Origin: Pristiophorus japonicus
Lineage: Eukaryota
NCBI RefSeq assembly: GCF_044704955.1
Contig: NC_091993.1
Location: 117,366,001 to 117,430,000 of the forward strand
Length of the DNA stretch: 64,000 nt
Direction: 5' to 3'
The notes under the pieces were generated by a model. The model had not been told where the DNA came from, did no database searches, and worked only from the letters and a program-made list of their open reading frames with translations. This document shows positions 1 through 12,255 of this stretch, piece by piece (position 1 is the first letter of the stretch; every line of letters starts with the position of its first letter). A program made the position numbers and the translations under genes.

Positions 1-2740
1 ACTGCCTGCCATTCTGAAAAGTACCCGTTTACTCCTACTCTTTGCTTCCTGTCTGACAACCAGTTCTCAATCCACGTCAGCACACTACCCCCAATCCCAT
101 GTGCTTTAACTTTGCACATTAATCTCTTGTGTGGGACCTTGTCGAAAGCCTTCTGAAAGTCCAAATATACCACATCAACTGGTTCTCCTTTGTCCACTTT
201 ACTGGAAACATCCTCAAAAAATTCCAGAGATTTGTCAAGCATGATTTCCCTTTCACAAATCCATGATGACTTGGACCTATCATGTCACCATTTTCCAGAT
301 GCACTGCTATGACATCCTTAATAATTGATTCCATCATTTTACCCACTACTGAGGTCAGGCTGACCGGTCTATAATTCCCTGTTTTCTCTCTCCCTCCTTT
401 TTTAAAAAGTGGGGTTATATTGGCTACCCTCCACTCCATAGGAACTGATCCAGAGTCAATGGAATGTTGGAAAATGACTGTCAATGCATCCGCTATTTCC
501 AAGGCCACCTCCTTAAGTACTCTGGGATGCAGTCCATCAGGCCCTGGGGATTTATCGGCCTTCAATCCCATCAATTTCCCCAACACAATTTCCCGACTAA
601 TAAAGATTTCCTTCAGTTCCCCCTCCTTACTAGACCCTCTGACCCCTTTTATATCCGGAAGGTTGTTTGTATCCTCCTTAGTGAATACCGAACCAAAGTA
701 CTTGTTCAATTGGTCTGCCATTTCTTTGTTCCCCGTTATGACTTCCCCTGATTCTGACTGCAGGGGACCTACGTTTGTCTTTACTAACCTTTTTCTCTTT
801 ACATACCTATAGAAACTTTTGCAATCCACCTTAATGTTCCCTGCAAGCTTCTTCTCGTACTCCATTTTCCCTGCCCTAATCAAACCCTTTGTCCTCCTTT
901 GCTGAGTTCTAAATTTCTCCCAGTCCCCAGGTTCGCTGCTATGTCTGGTCAATTTGTATGCCACTTCCTTGGCTTTAATACTATCCCTGATTTCCCTAGA
1001 TAGCCACGGTTGAGCCACCTTCCCTTTTTTATTTTTACGCCAGACAGGAATGTACAATTGTTGTAATTCATCCATGCGGTCTCTAAATGTCTGCCATTGC
1101 CCATCCACAGTCAACCCCCTAAGTATCATTCGCCAATCTATCCTAGCCAATTCACGCCTCATACCTTCAAAGTTACCCTTCTTTAAGTTCTGGACCATGG
1201 TCTCTGAATTTACTGTTTCATTCTCCATCCTAATGCAGAATTCCACCATATTATGGTCACTCTTCCCCAAGGGGCCTCGCACAATGAGATTGCTAATTAA
1301 TTCTCTCTCATTACATAACACCCAGTCTAAGATGGCCTCCCCCCTAGTTGGTTCCTCAACATATTGGTCTAGAAAACCATCCCTTATGCACTCCAGGAAA
1401 TCCTCCTCCACCGTATTGCTTCCAGTTTGGCTAGCCCAATCTATGTGCATATTAAAGTCACCCATTATAACTGCTACACCTTTATTGCATGCACCCCTAA
1501 TTTCCTGTTTGATGCCCTCCCCAACATCCCTATTACTGTTTGGAGGTCTGTACACAACTCCTACTAACGTTTTTTGCCCTTTGGTGTTCTGCAGCTCTAC
1601 CCATATAGATTCCACATCATCCAAGCTAATGTCTTTCCTAACTATTGCATTAATCTCCTCTTTAACCAACAATGCTACCCCACCTCCTTTTCCTTTTATT
1701 CTATCCTTCCTGAATGTTGAATACCCCTGAATGTTGAGTTCCCAGCCTTGATCATCCTGGAGCCACGTCTCCGTAATCCCAATCACATCATATTTATTAA
1801 CATCTATTTGCACAATTAATTCATCCACTTTATTGCGGATACTCCTTGCATTAAGACACAAAGCCTTCAGGCTTGTTTTTTTAACACCCTTTGTCCTTTT
1901 AGAATTTTGCTGTACAGTGGCCCTTTTTGTTCTTTGCCTTGGGTTTCTCCGCCCTCCACTTTTCCTCATCTCCTTTCTGTCTTTTGCTTTTGCCTCCTTT
2001 TTGTTTCCCTCTGTCTCCCTGCATTGGTTCCCATCCCCCTGCCATATTAGTTTAAATCCTCCCCAACAGCACTAGCAAACACTCCCCCTAGGACATTGGT
2101 TCCGGTCCTGCCCAGGTGCAGACCGTCCGGTTTGTACTGGTCCCACCTCCCCCAGAACCGGTCCCAATGCCCCAGGAATTTGAATCCCTCCCTGCTGCAC
2201 CACTGCTCAAGCCACGTATTCATCTGCGCTGTCCTGCGATTCCTACTCTGACTATCACGTGGCACTGGTAGCAATCCCGAGATTACTACTTTTGAGGTCC
2301 TACTTTTTAATTTAGCTCCTAGCTCCTTAAATTTGTTTCATAGGACCTCATCCCTTTTTGTACCTATGTCGTTGGTACCAATGTGCACCACGACAACTGG
2401 CTGTTCTCCCTCCCATTTCAGAATGTCCTGCACCCGCTCATAGACACCCTTGACCCTTGCACCAGGGAGGCAACATACCATCCTGGAGTCTCGGTCGCGG
2501 CTGCAGAAACGTCTATCTATTCCCCTCACCATTGAATCCCCTATCACTATCGCTGTCCCACTCTTTTTCTTGCCCTCCTGTGCAGCAGAGCCAGCCACGG
2601 TGCCATGAACTTGGCTGCTGCTGTCCTCCCCTGATGAGTCATCCCCCTCAACAGTACTCAAAACAGTGTATCTGTTTTGCAGGGGGATGACCACAGGGGA
2701 CCCCTGCACTACCTTCCTTGCACTACATTCCCTAGCTGGC
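1..2740 (-). mobile_element. CR1-clade LINE (ORF1 SGNH/GDSL esterase + ORF2 APE endonuclease-RT), runs off the window start
   Basis: ORFs 2338-2769 and 2047-2274 carry GDSMVRG...CCLPGARV...VHIGTND...DGLHL (CR1 ORF1 esterase). ORF 119-1969 carries CLNARS, ITETW, GDFN, SDH (APE) and KSPGPDG..YRPVSLTS (RT). Frameshifted near 230. Confidence 0.95.
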
Positions 2741-2744
2741 TGTG

Positions 2745-3830
2745 GACCCTTTCCCTGCGGTAAGACCAACTCACTACCAGCTCACAAGACAGGAGGCTGC
2801 TGTCATCCTGTTCCGGCTCCTCAAGCTCAAGGGCCCTTCTCTCTCCTCTCTCTCCTCTTCTTCGTGGCTCTGGGTGGCGGAGGTGGGAGTGGTGGAAATG
2901 GGTGATCTGTGGGGGGGGGGGGGTGGTGGGGAGGTGTGGAGGAAGAATCCGCTGTCTTGGGCAAGGGGCGACGTTGGGGTGGGAGACGTTGGAGTCTGAC
3001 GGCTTCTCTGAAGACCGAGTCATCATCTGCAAGTAGAGGATGACATTTCAGTCTGTAGGTTGGAAGTGGGGGGGTTGCTGGTCAAGCTGAGATGTGAGCC
3101 GTGCCATCTCACATTCTGCCAGCAAGGAGTTCCATCTCTACATGGGCACACCAATACTGGGCAACAAAGTGTGTGGTAAACTGCAAGTGCCTTAACATTG
3201 CATGGCCTTTCATGCCAGGAGTGCGGCTCAGACCGCAGATTAGTATAACCTTACCATGCTGTAGCACCAGATCTGCATCAACCATTGTGATTGCATGGCA
3301 ACGGTCACCCACCAATGCCGACACACATTCCTCCAGCCTGCTCAATTCGACCACCTTTGCTAGTCCCCCTCCCATCGCACGCAGGCTTACTGCCTTGGAT
3401 GCATTTTTCTTCTGCACAAAGAAACGTTGCCGCCTTTAGACCCTTTCCTCATGCCCCCCACACATACTCCCACACACACACACACACACATCTGACACAC
3501 AACCCTTTTGGCGTTAGACAGGAGGGGACGAATACATTTTTGCTCACTCTTGCTGCCGCCAGCAAATCGTTCCAACATTTCCGGCACTGGTCCCCATCCC
3601 GCTCAACGTTGCCCATTGCGGACACGATCTCAGTGATCTGCCTCCAAATGCGCCGATATTGGGGTGGTGGAGGCTTGCCACGACCATCCTGGGTGAGGTC
3701 TGTGTACCTGCGCTCCACCTCCGTTACTGGCTCCTCCAATTCCTCTTCATTAAACCATGGAGCTTTGGGCCTGGTTTTGGCAGTCCTCATGGCAGATTTC
3801 TGGCCACACATCATCAATGATGAAACGATT
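2745..3830 (-). mobile_element. Harbinger/PIF DNA transposon relic: spliced Myb/SANT-like DNA-binding protein gene
   Basis: ORF 3449-3817 'KAPWFNEEELEEPV..IWRQI..QCRKCWNDL' is a Myb/SANT (MSANTD4-like) domain. It ends at a gtgag donor (3547); a second exon-like segment follows at ~3255-3411. Cut off by the CR1 at ~2740. Confidence 0.75.
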
Positions 3831-4844
3831 GGCTGTGCAAGAGCTTGTGTGTCTCATTTTCTCAGACTGCTCCCTCTGCAAATCAGACTGCCCCCTCTCC
3901 AACCTCCAACTCTCTCCTCTCCCCTCTCACACTCACAGGCGGAATAAAGTGCTGTGCCTTTATGCGCATGCGCAGTACAGCAATCAGCCTCAAACAGCCC
4001 CAAAATGATGACACATCGGAAGACAAGTACTACAAAAAAAATTGCGAAGTCTCACGCATAAACTTGGAAATAGATCACGATAAAAGGCGGAATCGGGGAG
4101 GTAAAAGAGATCAGATCAGAAAGTGGAAGGATTGAAAAGAGGAAGATGCCAAACAGACAGAGGCTCGCGTCAGTTGCATATACAGAAGTTCATAAAGTAT
4201 TCTGCGTAAAATTGGTAAGCTGGAGGCACAAATCTTTATGGGGAGGTTTGATGTAACAGAATTAACGATCTTGGCTTAGGGTAGGGTGAGACTGGAAGTT
4301 CAGCATTGCTGGGAATAAAGATTCGTCATAAATGGAGGAGAGGTGGCAGTATTAATCCAATCTTCCATTATAGCATAATACCGTTAGGTTAATATGGGGC
4401 GGGAGTGAAAAAGCTAAATCTACTTGTTTCGAGTTAAAGAGTGAGAAGGAAATGGTTACTTACTGGGAGTAATATAGACCCAGCCTCTAGCAGTGAGAAA
4501 CAGTGTCACTGACTGAGCCTCATAAAACAATATTTCATCAGCTGTAATTTAAATAACAGAAACAATTGCAAGCTCCAGACATGTCTGTGTGAAGGATTAT
4601 TACCACTGCAGTCTTCAGTGTATATTGGACATCAGACTACATTAAAAAATCACTTTTTACAGATTAAAATGGGTGTCCTTTGCATCTTGATTATGTTACT
4701 CGTGTAGCTTTTAAAAAATTAAATGAGCCCTTTATTTTCATTCCAATCACAATAAATAATGCAGTTTAGTATATATTGGTAAATATGTGTGCGGTACAAT
4801 ATAATACAGTCAAAAAGAGATTACAAGACTTCACACAAATATTA

Positions 4845-5395
4845 CAGTTTTGGTCTCCTAACTTGAGGAAGGACATTCTTGCTATTGAGGGAGTGCAGCG
4901 AAGATTCACCAGACTGATTCCCGGGATGGTGGGACTGACCTATCAAGAAAGACTGGATCAACTGGGCTTGTATTCACTGGAGTTCAGAAGAATGAGAGGG
5001 GACCTCATAGAAACGTTTAAAATTCTGACGGGTTTAGACAGGTTAGATGCAGGAAGAATGTTCACAATGTTGGGGAAGTCCAGAACCAGGGGTCACAGTC
5101 TAAGGATAAGGGGTAAGCCATTTAGGACCGAGATGAGGAGAAACTTCTTCATCCAGAGAGTGGTGAACCTGTAGAATTCTCTACAACAAAAAGTAGTTGA
5201 GGCCAATTCACTAAATATATTCAAAAGGGAGTTAGATGAAGTCCTTACTACTCGGGGGATCAAGGGGTATGGCGAGAAAGTAGGAATGGGGTACTGAAGT
5301 TTCATGTTCAGCCATGAACTCATTGAATGGCGGTGCAGGCTAGAAGGGCTGAATGACCTGCTCCTGCACCTATTTTCTATGTTTCTATGTTTCTA
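4845..5395 (+). mobile_element. 5'-truncated CR1 LINE 3' end
   Basis: ORF2 C-terminus QFWSP..LEFRRMRGDLIE..FFIQRVVNL and a (ttctatgt)n tail. It is absent at the homologous position in copies B and C, where ...caaatatta and t.catgtat... are contiguous. Confidence 0.9.
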
Positions 5396-5529
5396 TCCAT
5401 GTATATTTTTGCTGAGTATTTTGTGCCTTTACATGTCTACAAACGTTTAAACATCTCTGCTGCATGAACCGTACACTTGACTCAAACTAACACTGATTAT
5501 CTGAATATCCCGCTCTGAATGTCACTCAC

Positions 5530-5566
5530 CGGGCAGGGAACACATGAGAAGAATCAGAATCCACAT
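5530..5566 (-). CDS. Leader (signal peptide) exon of paralogous CD300/MDIR-like receptor, copy A; remaining exons not seen (would lie left of the window)
   Basis: Reverse complement reads ATG TGG ATT CTG ATT CTT CTC ATG TGT TCC CTG CCC G|gtgagt = MWILILLMCSLP with a phase-1 donor. Same peptide as 12661-12697. Confidence 0.8.
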
Positions 5567-5669
5567 CGTTTTCTTTGCAAAGTTCAGGTCAGCACTTGTT
5601 GCAAGTCATCCAGCTCTTAGCTCTCATTTCGTAGAAATAAGTGTCCAATATAAGTCACACGAAGAATTT

Positions 5670-5722
5670 AAATGAGGAAGTAGTTAACAGGAAAAAAGTC
5701 ATGAAACCACAAACGCCAGCTG
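5670..5722 (-). promoter_or_regulatory. Proximal promoter module of copy A: PU.1/ETS, ETS, RUNX and E-box motifs
   Basis: aaatgaggaagt (5670-5681), acaggaa (5687-5693), aaaccaca (5704-5711) and cagctg (5717-5722), 105-155 bp upstream of the ATG. Order conserved in copy C. Confidence 0.5.
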
Positions 5723-5864
5723 ATGAAATCTGACTCCTAAGACCTTGAAATAGTCTGTTATATTTAATAAATTATCGTCAAAGCGACCCAAGCAAGGTAT
5801 TTATGGTGAGGTGAGCTAGAACACACATTTTTAAAAACTCGTAAATGTTGAGATTGTCAGGAAC

Positions 5865-6578
5865 TTCTCCTGTGTGCTAACTCGCATCAAGTCCCACTAA
5901 CCCATCTGCGCTGTTTTTGCCGACATACATTTGATCCCAGTTAAACAATGCCTCGATTTTAAAATTCTCATCCTTGTTTCCAAATCCTTCAATCACCTTG
6001 CCCCTCCTTATCTCTGTCATCTCCTCCAGCCCTATAATTCCCCCAGATTTCTGCGTCCACCTATTCTAAATGAGGAGGAATTTCTTCTCTCAGAGGGTCG
6101 TGAATCTTTGGAATTCTGTACCCCAGAGAGCTGTGGAGGCTGGGTCATTGAATATATTTAAGGGGGAGATAGATTTTTGAGCGATAAGGAGTCAAGGGTT
6201 ATGGGGAGCGGGGAGGGAAGTAGAGTTGAGGCCAGGATCAGATCAGTCATGATCTTATTGAATGGTGTAGCAGGCTCGAGCAGCCAAATGGCCTACTCCT
6301 GCCCTATTTTTTATGTTCTTATTCTGGCCTTTTGAACATCCACGTTTTTAAATGCTCTACCATTGGCGGTGGTGCCTCCAGCTTCCTAGGTCCTATGTTC
6401 GGGAATTCCCTTCCTAAACCTCTCTATCTCTCCAATTAAGACGTTCCTAAATTCTACCTCTTCTGCCCTAATATCTCCTTATATGGCTTGGCACTCATTT
6501 TCTTTTGATAACACAGCTATGAAGCATCTTGGGACGTTTTATTACTTTAAAGGCGCTTTATAAATATAAGTTGTTAAA
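5865..6578 (+). mobile_element. L2-type LINE/SINE 3' end with a nested CR1 3' fragment (~6067-6322)
   Basis: L2-like 'FKILILVSKS..LAPPYL' and tail gggacgttttattactttaaaggcgctttataaat. The internal CR1 3'UTR includes gagggtcgtgaatctttggaattc...ttatgttctt. Confidence 0.65.
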
Positions 6579-6579
6579 T

Positions 6580-7330
6580 AATATCTGGCCAAGTAGTTGG
6601 AGATCCTGTGAAGTGACATGGTCTGTGTCAGAACCATATCCTGGTAGACGTGCACTCAGCCGCTTTCTAAATGTCCGTTCCTCTGTGGCAAACAATTGCA
6701 GGGCAAAGTCCTGCCGAAAAATTGCTCCACCCCGCACCCCAGTAGGATATACGTCCCATTTTCCCTGGAATGGTCCATAGATCTGACCATGATATGTAGA
6801 TCAGCCTGACCCTGGGATTTCCACCCTGCCTAACCGAGTTCTTGCCAGGAATTGTGCTTAATGGGCAGAGCCACCGGCAGGACCTTGAATACCACAGGGT
6901 GCACCAACCACAATATCCTGTTTATTAACATTAATGGATGGTGGCATGGGCTCTCAGACAATTCCACCCATCATGTCCCTCCAGAATGGACGTCACAGCC
7001 GACCATTACTGTCACTGGCTGTGCCAGCTTTATGCTGCACATTAGCTGCAGATGTCCTTGCAGCAGAAGGCACTGCTCTACACCTGTCCTTTTGCTGAAC
7101 TGCAGACAATTGCTGGCAGAAGGGTGTTCCAATGCCTGCAGATATGGTTGTTAACATCTTGGGAGGTGCGTGCTATTGAATCACCCTGACTGGTCTTATT
7201 TCCTGTAATATTGCAGGCAAATAGAACAGTCCAGAATTTCCTAAAAAAAATAACAGCATGTGAACGCAAGCCTTTATTAATGTGCAAAAAATCCAGCAAC
7301 TTGTGGCGATGAAGAGACACCCCATTGACA
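6580..7330 (-). pseudogene. Heavily decayed Harbinger transposase relic upstream of leader A; co-duplicated pieces at 12256-12540 (+) and 42340-42610 (+)
   Basis: The copy at ~12415-12540 reads RSSYLQ...LQITKETDVELCLLLQGHLQLTCSI, matching Harbinger transposase N-terminal 'SYL.L...LRFTKE.V.ELC.LL..DLQP'. An 'SINV' motif is at ~6925-6940 and ~42372-42385. Confidence 0.55.
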
Positions 7331-8018
7331 ATATTCAAGGAGGGGGGCGAGGGATGCTGCTGGAATATAAATCTAGCACTCACATCCCTCTTCAGCAATT
7401 TCTAAGTTCACTCCTTCAAGTTTATTGTACATTGACGGGTTTCTGTCATACATCCACCCTGAGAATAACAACACAGTTATTTGCAGTTTCAAACCACAAG
7501 GACCATCTCAAGCTGTAGCAAGCAAGAAAATACATTTTATTCAGCACACAACCCTTTCAACCCTTAAAGTATTTGAAGAGTTAATGGAATTGTGCTACAA
7601 CTGAATTTGTGTTCATTTAGGATAGAACATTTATTCGCAGCATTCTCTGCACAGCAAACATTTCCTCCCCGTTGTTTCCTGTGAGAAAATTCAGGCCTCT
7701 GAACACAAACTGTTGTACATGCATAAAGTTTTCACTCTTAACAAAACTAAAGGGATAGACCTCTCATTGCAACAGCAGTGGCTTCAGAAACACGTTCATT
7801 TATTGTTGCTGCTTCATTAGTGGGATCAACAACTTCAATTGCATTTATATAGCGCCTTTAGCATAGTAAAACATCCCAAGCAATGTCATGAAACCCACGG
7901 GGAGGTTAAGGGCGAGCTGCCCTTTTCACCAATGTTACGGCGGAGCGGCGCAAATCAGCCAGCAACTGGTGGCGATTCGCAACTCATGGGTTGCCTCTTC
8001 ATCGCCACACATTGCTGG

Positions 8019-11000
8019 TGTAAAATCCTGTCCCTGCAGTATAGACTCACACGAGGCACATGCTGAAGTCAAGGTCACTCAGGACCTGCACCTTTATTAC
8101 ACAGCTCTCGAATCCACACTTGCTTGAGACCTGTCCTTATATACCTGTCTGGGACAGGTATCCAGTGTCTCCTGCAAGTGCACCCCTGGTGGTAAGGTAA
8201 GCTTGTGGTTACAGGTCAGCTCTAGTTACAGTCATGTATAGCATGGTAAGATACAGTTATGAACAGTAGTGTGAGATACATGACATCACCCTCCCCCAAG
8301 GTCTTATTGTCTTTATAGGTTCAGTCTCTCAGGTGGTCTACGTTCTCGCGTGGAGCGTCTTAAATTGTGGTTCAGTTGTTTGCCTTGGTGCCTGTTTTTC
8401 TTCCGGTGTGATTGCTGGTATCTCGCCTGGGCTGTCTGTTTCGTTCAGTATGATTGTTGGTGTCTCGCCTGGGCTGTCTGTTGGGATTGCCCTTTCCTCA
8501 GGTTGTTCCCGCTGTCTGTCCACCAGGTGTGGTGCGAGTTCCACATTGTAGTCTGCTTCTGGTTCAGCAGTGTTGTTGGTAAATCGACTTTTGACTTGGT
8601 CTACATGCCTCCGGCAGGTTTGGCCATTGTCCATTTGTACCACCAGCAGCCTGTTTCCTTCCTTGCCTGTTATTGTCCCTGTAAGCCATTTGGGACCCTG
8701 CCATAGTTTAGCACAAACACTTTGTCCCCTACCTTCCCCTCGAATTTCGGTCATGGTACTCAGTTAGCTTACGGCACTTTGTCTCAACGATTTCATGCAT
8801 GTCTGGGAGGATTAATGAGCATCTTGTCTATAAGGTCCGTTTCATTAATAGTTGCACGGGGGGAATTCCAGTCAATGAATGTGGACGAGATCTGTATGCC
8901 AGCAGCAGTCGCGACAGGCAGCCCTGCAGTGTGGGACCTTGGATTTTAAGCATGCCTTGTTTAATGATCTGCACTGCTCGCTCCGCCTGGCCATTGGAGG
9001 CCAGCTTGAACGGTGCCGTCTTAATGGGATTTATGCCATGGTCACTCATAAAATCTTGGAATTCTGTGCTGGTGAAGCACGAACCATTATCACTGACCAA
9101 TATGTCAAGAATGCCGTGCGTTGCGAACATGGTTCCAAGGCTCTCCACAGTGGTGGAGGTGGTGCTCGAGTTTAAAATGGTGCATTCGATCCACTTTGAA
9201 AATGCATCTACAACTACGAGGAACATTTTGCCCATGAATGGGCCCGCATAGTCTATGTGCACCCATGACCACGGTTTGGTGGGCCAGGGCCAGGGGCTCA
9301 GGGGGGCCTCCCTGGGGGCATTACTGAGTTAGGCATAAATGATGCACTGTCGGACGCAGAGCTCCAAGTCTGCGTCATTGCCAGGCCACCAGACGTGAGA
9401 TCTGGCTATGGCCTTCATGAGAACGATCCCCAGGTGCTCACGGTGGAGCTCCAGGACAAATGCCTCTCTGCCTCGCAGAGGCATAACTACTCGGCTGCCC
9501 CACATCAGGCAGTCTGCTTGTAGTGACAGCTCATGCATGCGCCTATGGAAAGGTTTGATCTCCTCGGGGCAGGCATTGCGAGCCTCTGCCCAGTCACCAG
9601 TTAAGACACATCTTTTTACTAAGGATAACGTGGGGTCGCTGGTCATCCAGGCTCTGATTTGGCGTGCCGTCATGGGCGAACCTGTGGACTCAAAGGCATT
9701 GATTGCCATGACTATCTCACAGTCCTTTTTGTCAGACCCTTCCATTTTCGCCAGGGGTAGCCTGCTAAGCACGTTGGCACAGTTGTCTGTGCCTGGTCTG
9801 TGCCTTATGGTGTAATCGTAAGACGCCAGCATGAGTGCCCTCCGTTCAATGCGCGCCGAGGCGTTGGCGTTTATTGCCTTGCTCTCGGATAGGAGGGACG
9901 TTAGGGGCTTGTGGTCGGTTTCTAACGCGAACTTGGCCCCGAAAAGGTATTGGTGCATCTTTTTGACACCATACGTGCACGCGAGCGCCTCCTTCTCCAC
10001 CATTCCGTACCCACGCTCCACCCGCGAAAGTGACCTGGAGGCAGAAGCGATGGGTTGTAATTTACCCGCACTATTGACATGTTGTAAAACGCACCCGACC
10101 CCGTACGCTGACGCATCACATGTAAGAACTAGCTTTTTACCTGGATCAAAGAAAACCAAAACACTGTTGGAACACAGAAGGTTGCGTGCCTTATTGAAGG
10201 CGCGTTCCTGGGCGTCCCTCCAAAACCAATCGCACCCCTTTCTGAGTAGCACGTGAAGAGGCTCCAGCAGCGTGCTTAAGTTCTGCATAAAGTTCCCAAA
10301 GTAATTGAGTAGCCCGAGAAAGGCGCGCAGTTCTGAGACATTCCGGGGCCTGGGTATCAGGCGAATTGCTTCTGTTTTGGACTTTGTTGGGTGGATTCCA
10401 TCAGCGGCAGTCCTTCTGCCCAAAAATTCAACCTCGGGCGCGAGAAACAGGTACTTGGATTTCTTAACTCTTAGGCCTACCCGATCCAACCGCTTTAGTA
10501 CTTCCTACAAATTACGGAGATGGGAGTCGGTGTCCCTGCCATTGATAAGTATGTCGTCTTGAAATACAACCATCCCCGGGATGGACTTGAGCAGACTCTC
10601 CATGTTGCGCTGGAATATAGCAGCTGCCGACCTGATGCCGAATGGGCATCGATTGTACATGAAAAAGCCTCGATGTGTGTTGATGGTGGTGAGTAGCTTA
10701 GACTCGTCGGTCAATTCTTGCGTCATATACGCAGATGTGAGGTCTAGTTTTGAGAAAAGTTTTCCTCCAGCCAATGTGTGCATGTACGGTGTCAAAAAGA
10801 TGCACCAATACCTTTTCGGGGCCAAGTTCACGTTAGAAACTGACCACAAACCCCTCACGTCCCTACTATCCGAGAGCAAGGCAATAAACGCCAATGCCTC
10901 AGCGCGCATTCAATGGTGGGCAATCATGCTGGCGTCTTGTTGTAAAAGCAGTGGCCATTGATCGTGTTGACCCACTGTACCTCGGTATCCCGGGTACAAT

Positions 11001-12255
11001 CCCCACCATCTTCTGGTCCGCTTTCCGACCCTTCCGATTCGTATACCAGCCGAGCTGCCGTTTTTCTGCACATGCGGGCCAGATGCCCTGTGTAGTTGCA
11101 GTTTCTGCAAACAGCATGCTGAAATCGACACCCACTTGATGAGTGCCTTCCCCCACATCTCCAGCACAGACTGCTTCCATTATTTCCAAAGGATGAGCTG
11201 CACCTGGCTGATCTCTCTTGAGCTTCTCTCAGTTTGTAGTTGATTGCTCGCATTGTGGGTTGGTGAGGTGTGAACGGCCGTTCATGTGGCCCTTGATGGC
11301 TTCTGGCGCCACTGCCTGCTGTTGAGGGCCTGTTCTCCTGCCTTTGTCTGTGTGTAGGGGTAGCGGCTTGTTTCATGCTGTGAACCCCTTGTTCCGATGT
11401 TTCGTTAGTTGTTGTACCCACAGTGTAGATCAACCTCGTTTCTTCTTCTCCTGCCAAGAATGTCTGTGCAACCAGTGTTGCTGCCTCTAGGGTCAAGTTC
11501 TTGGTCTCTATGAGCTTTCGGAATATGCCTGCATGGCCTATTCCTTCAATAAAAAAGTCTCTCAGTACTTCTCTCCTTAATTCATTGGAGAACTCACATA
11601 AGCTAGCCAACCTCCGAAGTTCCGCCACAAAGTCAGGTATGCTCTGGCCCACACAGCATCTGTAGTTGTAGAACCTGTGTCTGGCCATGTGTAGGCTGCT
11701 CGCTGGCTTCAGGTGGTCTCTTACCAGTGTGCTCAATTCTTCAAATGACTTGCTTGCTGGTTTCTCGGGTGCCAGCAGGTCCTTCATTAAGGCATATGTT
11801 TTCGAGCCACAGCTGGTCAAGAGATGGGCTCTTCTCTTGTCTGCCTTATCATCACCTAACCAGTCTTTGGTTATGAAGCTTTGGTGGAGCCTTTCTATAA
11901 AGTCCTCCCAATTATCTCCAGCATTGTATTTTTCATCTAGCCGTTGGTCGCCATTCTGTGGATTCTGTAATCGCATCCTCGTCGCCACTGTAAAGTCCTG
12001 TCTCTGCAGTACAGACTCACACGAGGCACAGGCTGAAGTCAAGGTCACTCAGGACCTGCATCTTTATTACACAGCTCTCGAATCCACACTTGCCTGAGAC
12101 CTGTCCTTATATACTTGTCTGGGACAGGTATCCAGTGTCTCCTGCAAGTGCACCCCTGGTGGTAAGGTAAGCTTGTGGTTACAGGTCATCTCTAGTTACA
12201 GTAATGTATAGCATGGTAAGATACAGTTATGTACAGTAGTGTGAGATACATGACA
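8019..12255 (-). mobile_element. Gypsy (Mag-like) LTR retrotransposon with two LTRs, internally rearranged and defective
   Basis: 267-bp TG..CA LTRs at 8019-8285 and 11989-12255 (~10 mismatches). Flanks gctgg/tctgg form an imperfect 5-bp TSD. PPT at 8286-8297. Gag with two zinc knuckles (10924-11954, frameshift just after the ATG), RT 'FQDD', RNase H 'CDASAYG..ETDHKPL', integrase 'HIDYAGP..SDNG..SNGQAER'. Protease missing. Confidence 0.95.
11969..11987 (-). other. Primer-binding site complementary to the tRNA-Ser(GCU) 3' end
   Basis: The + strand aatcgcatcctcgtcgcca matches the vertebrate tRNA-Ser(GCU) 3' end AATCCCATCCTCGTCG-CCA with one mismatch. It lies immediately inside the 5' LTR. Confidence 0.8.

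Larger units (their letters stand above)
4080..7760 (-). repeat. Segmental duplicate A of the receptor-gene 5' region (promoter, leader exon, start of intron 1)
   Basis: The reverse complement aligns in blocks to 12256-13716 and to 37720-38060, 42340-42610 and 42700-43685, apart from copy-specific insertions. Confidence 0.9.

Noticed and set aside
7384-7512. 129-nt exon-like segment on the - strand (ctacag|...|gtgagt) with vague SEA-domain-like spacing, homologous to ~37943-38085
   Set aside because: In-frame stop in copy A, deletion and stop in copy C, and no recognisable family motif. Not supportable without a profile search.
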